From assembly GCA_002328075.1 (NCBI GenBank), contig DCVT01000014.1, positions 24,846-88,845 on the forward strand: 64,000 bases of DNA, in the 5' to 3' direction. Shown piece after piece: positions 60,975-64,000 of the stretch; the first letter of the stretch is position 1, and each line of letters starts with the position of its first letter. This stretch comes from Anaerolineales bacterium UBA2181 (GTDB lineage: Bacteria; Chloroflexota; Anaerolineae; Promineifilales; UBA4811). Both the position numbers and the translations under genes were made by a program. Under the pieces are notes generated by a model. That model searched no databases, was not told where the DNA came from, and saw only the letters and a program-made list of their open reading frames with translations.

Positions 60975-62825
60975 CTACCCAAATCCTGCACTTCCGCCGC
61001 CACCGCCGCCCCCGCTGCTAAACCCACCGCCACTCCACCCGCCGCGACCGCCGCCCCCGGAGCTCTGTGGTTGGCTGACCATGGCGCTGCTGGCCGTGTT
61101 GAGCATCGCCACCAGGCCGGCGCTCATGCTTGAAAGACCGGTTGCCATGCCTCGGCTCATTGCGTCTAACGAAGGGATACCCCTGCCGCCCCCGCCCGTT
61201 GGGCGAAGGTCGTTGCCTCCAGATGGACGGGCAGCTATCCAGGCAGGATAGTACCAATGAGGAATGGGAGTCGCAGGAACGGCCGCGAATTTGTTGATCC
61301 ACGACCGCTCCAGCCCAAACGCAACGGCGTAGGGCAGGAAGCGGTCAAACCGGTCAGTCGCTTCCTCCAATTTGCTATGCCGCTCGATCTCTTGCAGGTA
61401 CCGGCGGAATGCCCTCCATCTGGCGGCATGTTCAGCGCCAAGCCGAGTCTTGACGGGCATCGCCTGGCCCGCGATGATCAACGCCACTGCAACAATGCCT
61501 ACAGCAACAAAGGGGCAGATCACTGCGGAGGCAGTCTGGGCCAAAAGGACGGAAGCGGCGATTCCGGCCCCGACCGTTAGGATCAGCAAGCCGGCACCCG
61601 CCGCGGCGAATTTCTGTCGGACGGACTCTGGGCTGGAGCGGAAAAAACCATATTGGACGGATTGTTGGTAGAGCCCATGCTTGATATCGGGCAACGCTGA
61701 GTAGAACTGGTTGCGCAGACTGTCCAGAGACTTTTCGGCGCTGCCTTTGAACACCCGATCCAAAATGGTGCGCTCAAATGCTGCCAGGTCATCCCACGGT
61801 TTTCCGGTGCGGCGAAACGTGAATTCAGAGCCGCGGCCAAGACCCAGCAACCCTCGGCTCACCTGGCTCTCTATCATGTCCAGGTATCCCCGTCGACCCA
61901 GGTCGACCAGGCTGGCCAACACATCCTTAATGTCGGCTCGCTCGTCCAAGAGCGTGCCAACAACCCCGGGCGGCGCCTCAGATGGAGGTTCGCTGAGGAG
62001 TTCGGCGACCAATCCCACCTCTGGGTCGCGACCACGCCGATACCACAGGAGAATCACGCCCACCAAACCGCCGGTGAGGACGACTGCACCCAGCGCGCCC
62101 AATACCAGGTTCCAGATGGCCCGCTGCTCCTCCCGCTGCTGCCACCGGGGTGCTTCGGCCTGGACGATACCGGGAGCAACTGCTATTCCGATCTCCAATT
62201 CCTCGCCGGCCGAAAGCGGTTCAGAGGCCACAAAGGAGACGGTGTTCCCCTCGATGGATGAGACGGCCTTGCCGCCGTAGGAGACAATATCCCCAAACTC
62301 AACACCGGCCGGAAACCGCACGGTCACGCGCGCATCTCGAATCGGGAATGCATGATCCGGCGGTATGGCCTTCCAGAAAAGGCTATCGCCCTGGCGCTCA
62401 TCCATCCTGATGGCCGCTCGCACTGAATAGCGAAAATTGAATGAGCGCTGACTACCAGTTGTCGCCGGAAAATACCAGTACACCACCAGCTCGCCGCTTT
62501 GCTCTCGCACGCTAAAGGTATAGCTCTCCTGGGAGGTCGAAGGTGCATACTGGCGATTTCCCTCCCAAACCTGAACGTCATCGATGCCTTCAGTCTTGCC
62601 CAGCGGAATGGTGCGATATCCGTAGGTAAAAGTCCCACTGGTAAAGGCGATCGTCTGAAGCTCCTGAACCATCAAGTCGCCGTTAGTCTCCACGGTGATA
62701 TCGGTGTGGTACTGCTCCCAGTACAACGTCTTGCTTTGGGCGCCGGCTGCCGCAGGAACGAGCAGCAGCATTAGGGTCAATAGGAACCACACACCCTTTC
62801 GAAATGTGTCTGACCGTCTTTGCAT
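60975..62825 (-). CDS. DUF2207-family membrane protein with Gly-rich C-terminal tail (first gene of the operon)
   Basis: GGAGGAG RBS and ATG 62825. Signal peptide (VWFLLTLMLLLVPAAAGAQS). DUF2207-like N-domain (LYWEQYHTDITVETNGDLMVQELQTIAFTSGTFTYGYRTIP). TM after ~aa 250, cytoplasmic region, 3 further TM helices. Tail GGGGRGGWSGGGFSSGGGGGGGSAGFG. Confidence 0.8.
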   Translation of the reverse strand: MQRRSDTFRKGVWFLLTLMLLLVPAAAGAQSKTLYWEQYHTDITVETNGDLMVQELQTIAFTSGTFTYGYRTIPLGKTEGIDDVQVWEGNRQYAPSTSQESYTFSVREQSGELVVYWYFPATTGSQRSFNFRYSVRAAIRMDERQGDSLFWKAIPPDHAFPIRDARVTVRFPAGVEFGDIVSYGGKAVSSIEGNTVSFVASEPLSAGEELEIGIAVAPGIVQAEAPRWQQREEQRAIWNLVLGALGAVVLTGGLVGVILLWYRRGRDPEVGLVAELLSEPPSEAPPGVVGTLLDERADIKDVLASLVDLGRRGYLDMIESQVSRGLLGLGRGSEFTFRRTGKPWDDLAAFERTILDRVFKGSAEKSLDSLRNQFYSALPDIKHGLYQQSVQYGFFRSSPESVRQKFAAAGAGLLILTVGAGIAASVLLAQTASAVICPFVAVGIVAVALIIAGQAMPVKTRLGAEHAARWRAFRRYLQEIERHSKLEEATDRFDRFLPYAVAFGLERSWINKFAAVPATPIPHWYYPAWIAARPSGGNDLRPTGGGGRGIPSLDAMSRGMATGLSSMSAGLVAMLNTASSAMVSQPQSSGGGGRGGWSGGGFSSGGGGGGGSAGFG

Positions 62826-62931
62826 GCACTCCTCCGCTGGTTGCTTTCCTCTTGTCAGAGCGAGCAATCCTACGGTATTATAGGCCATGAGCGGCTGAAA
62901 GGCAACCTGGCAACCTGACGAGCGTCCGACA

Positions 62932-64000
62932 ATGTGCTCTAAAATGCTCCCTGATATCGTCAGGCATCGGTCGGTCGGGTGTCAAGCGCGCCGGGCCATC
63001 GGCTTTCTCTGCTTGCCCGCCGCTGTGTGGGTGCAGTACCTACTGGACCGGCGCGGAGTTGACGGTAACGCCTGGGCCGTGGTCGGTTTGGTGCTGGTGG
63101 GCGCGCTGCTGGCCTTCAACCAGTGGGACGAAGGTCGGGCGCAGTCCCTTTCCTCCCGCGTGCTGTTTGGCGGCCGTCCGTGGCACACATGGGCCACCTG
63201 GTTGGGCGCCACGATGAGCCTGGGCAGTTATGCTTGTTTTGGCGGGAATCGGCTTACCGCGCACGGCGTGCTGCTCTGGCAAGTGGGTTTGGCGCTGTTT
63301 GTGGTGGGCGCGTGCGCGCTAGACATTCGAGGTTGGCTTCAATCGAGGTTGCAGTCCGGCTATCCGCGATTCCGGATCCGGTGGCCGGATGACCTGGCAA
63401 TGCTGGCAATCATCACCGGGCTTGGGGCGGTTTATCGTTTGTGGGCGATTGACAGTCTGCCGGCCGAGCCGGGAGTCGACCTCCCCCTGATTTTCCGGTG
63501 CGTGGAGAGCGTCCTGGCAGGCGATTGGCCGATCTATTTCACCTACCATCCCGGCCGCGAGGGGTTGTATCTCTACCTGGCGGCCGGATACGTGCGGTTG
63601 GTTGGTCTGAGCTATCCAGCGTTGCGGTCGGTCGGGGCGTTGCTGGGAACCACCACCATTCCGGTGGTCTACTTGGCCGGTAGACGGCTGTTCAATCGCG
63701 AGGTGGGGTTGTTGGCGGCCGGACTGCTGGCGGTAAGTAGATGGCACGTCATCCTGAGCCGCACCGGCCTGCGCTTTATTTTGATGCCCGTCTTTACACT
63801 GCTGTTGGTTGCCGTCCTGGACTGGGCATTGGCACAGCGCCGACCATTGCGCTGGGCCTGCGTCGGTTGGGTACTGGGTTGGGGATTTCACACCTACAGT
63901 GCGTGGCTGGTCATGCCGGCAGTCCTGGCGGTGGCTGTGTTGCTGCACAGGCTGTGCCGCCGCCAGTGGAACAAGGCCGACCTTTTCTTGCTCCTGCTGG
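62932..64000 (+). CDS. Polytopic membrane protein, ArnT/PMT-like glycosyltransferase (GT39/GT83-type), 3'-truncated by the window end. Not in the supplied ORF track.
   Basis: I translated frame 1 by hand. It is open from the stop at 62896-62898 to nt 64000, with ATG at 62932 or 62944. ...AVVGLVLVGALLAFN...LAMLAIITGLGAVYRLWAIDSLPAEPGVD...YHPGREGLYLYLAAGYVRLVGLSYPALRSVGALLGTTTIPVVYLAGRRLF...GLLAAGLLAVSRWHVILSRTG is typical of the N-terminal region of ArnT-like glycosyltransferases. Confidence 0.65.
   Translation, partial: MCSKMLPDIVRHRSVGCQARRAIGFLCLPAAVWVQYLLDRRGVDGNAWAVVGLVLVGALLAFNQWDEGRAQSLSSRVLFGGRPWHTWATWLGATMSLGSYACFGGNRLTAHGVLLWQVGLALFVVGACALDIRGWLQSRLQSGYPRFRIRWPDDLAMLAIITGLGAVYRLWAIDSLPAEPGVDLPLIFRCVESVLAGDWPIYFTYHPGREGLYLYLAAGYVRLVGLSYPALRSVGALLGTTTIPVVYLAGRRLFNREVGLLAAGLLAVSRWHVILSRTGLRFILMPVFTLLLVAVLDWALAQRRPLRWACVGWVLGWGFHTYSAWLVMPAVLAVAVLLHRLCRRQWNKADLFLLLL

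Overview
High-GC bacterial chromosomal window. The gene content and protein architectures suggest a Chloroflexota-like organism, but that is inference only. All homology calls come from reading family motifs in the translations; no searches were run. I support about 47 protein-coding genes, 2 tRNAs (Glu-UUC, Leu-GAG), several promoter and terminator candidates, one 4 x 363-bp intragenic tandem repeat and one duplicated gene fragment. Most of the window is housekeeping: pth-mfd, uvrA, rel, deoC, an SRAP peptidase, rpmF-fabD-fabG, asp23-nusB, queG, hsp20-lon, mogA, plsX-fabF, glgP, and an acyl-CoA ligase/dehydrogenase pair. The accessory-looking parts are listed here. (1) A >2,780-aa surface protein truncated at the 5' window edge, followed by a vapBC toxin-antitoxin cassette and a 149-bp near-identical copy of an internal piece of the giant gene. 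(2) A tight four-gene minus-strand membrane operon at 58.8-62.8 kb: DUF2207, a 2TM/winged-helix/Zn-ribbon protein, a helical protein, and an SPFH protein fused to an excisionase-type HTH. This is my best candidate for an undescribed system. (3) A tyrosine-recombinase-like gene that appears to lack the catalytic Tyr and His residues. (4) A PHP/AlbA_2 fusion protein downstream of hsp20-lon and an orphan receiver. (5) A membrane-tethered LuxR-HTH/Kelch-propeller protein divergent from glgP. (6) A shared extreme C-terminal YLPxxxxR motif on two extracytoplasmic proteins. No CRISPR array, rRNA, transposase or clear prophage was seen. One real ORF (62932..64000, +) is absent from the supplied ORF track because it runs off the window end.
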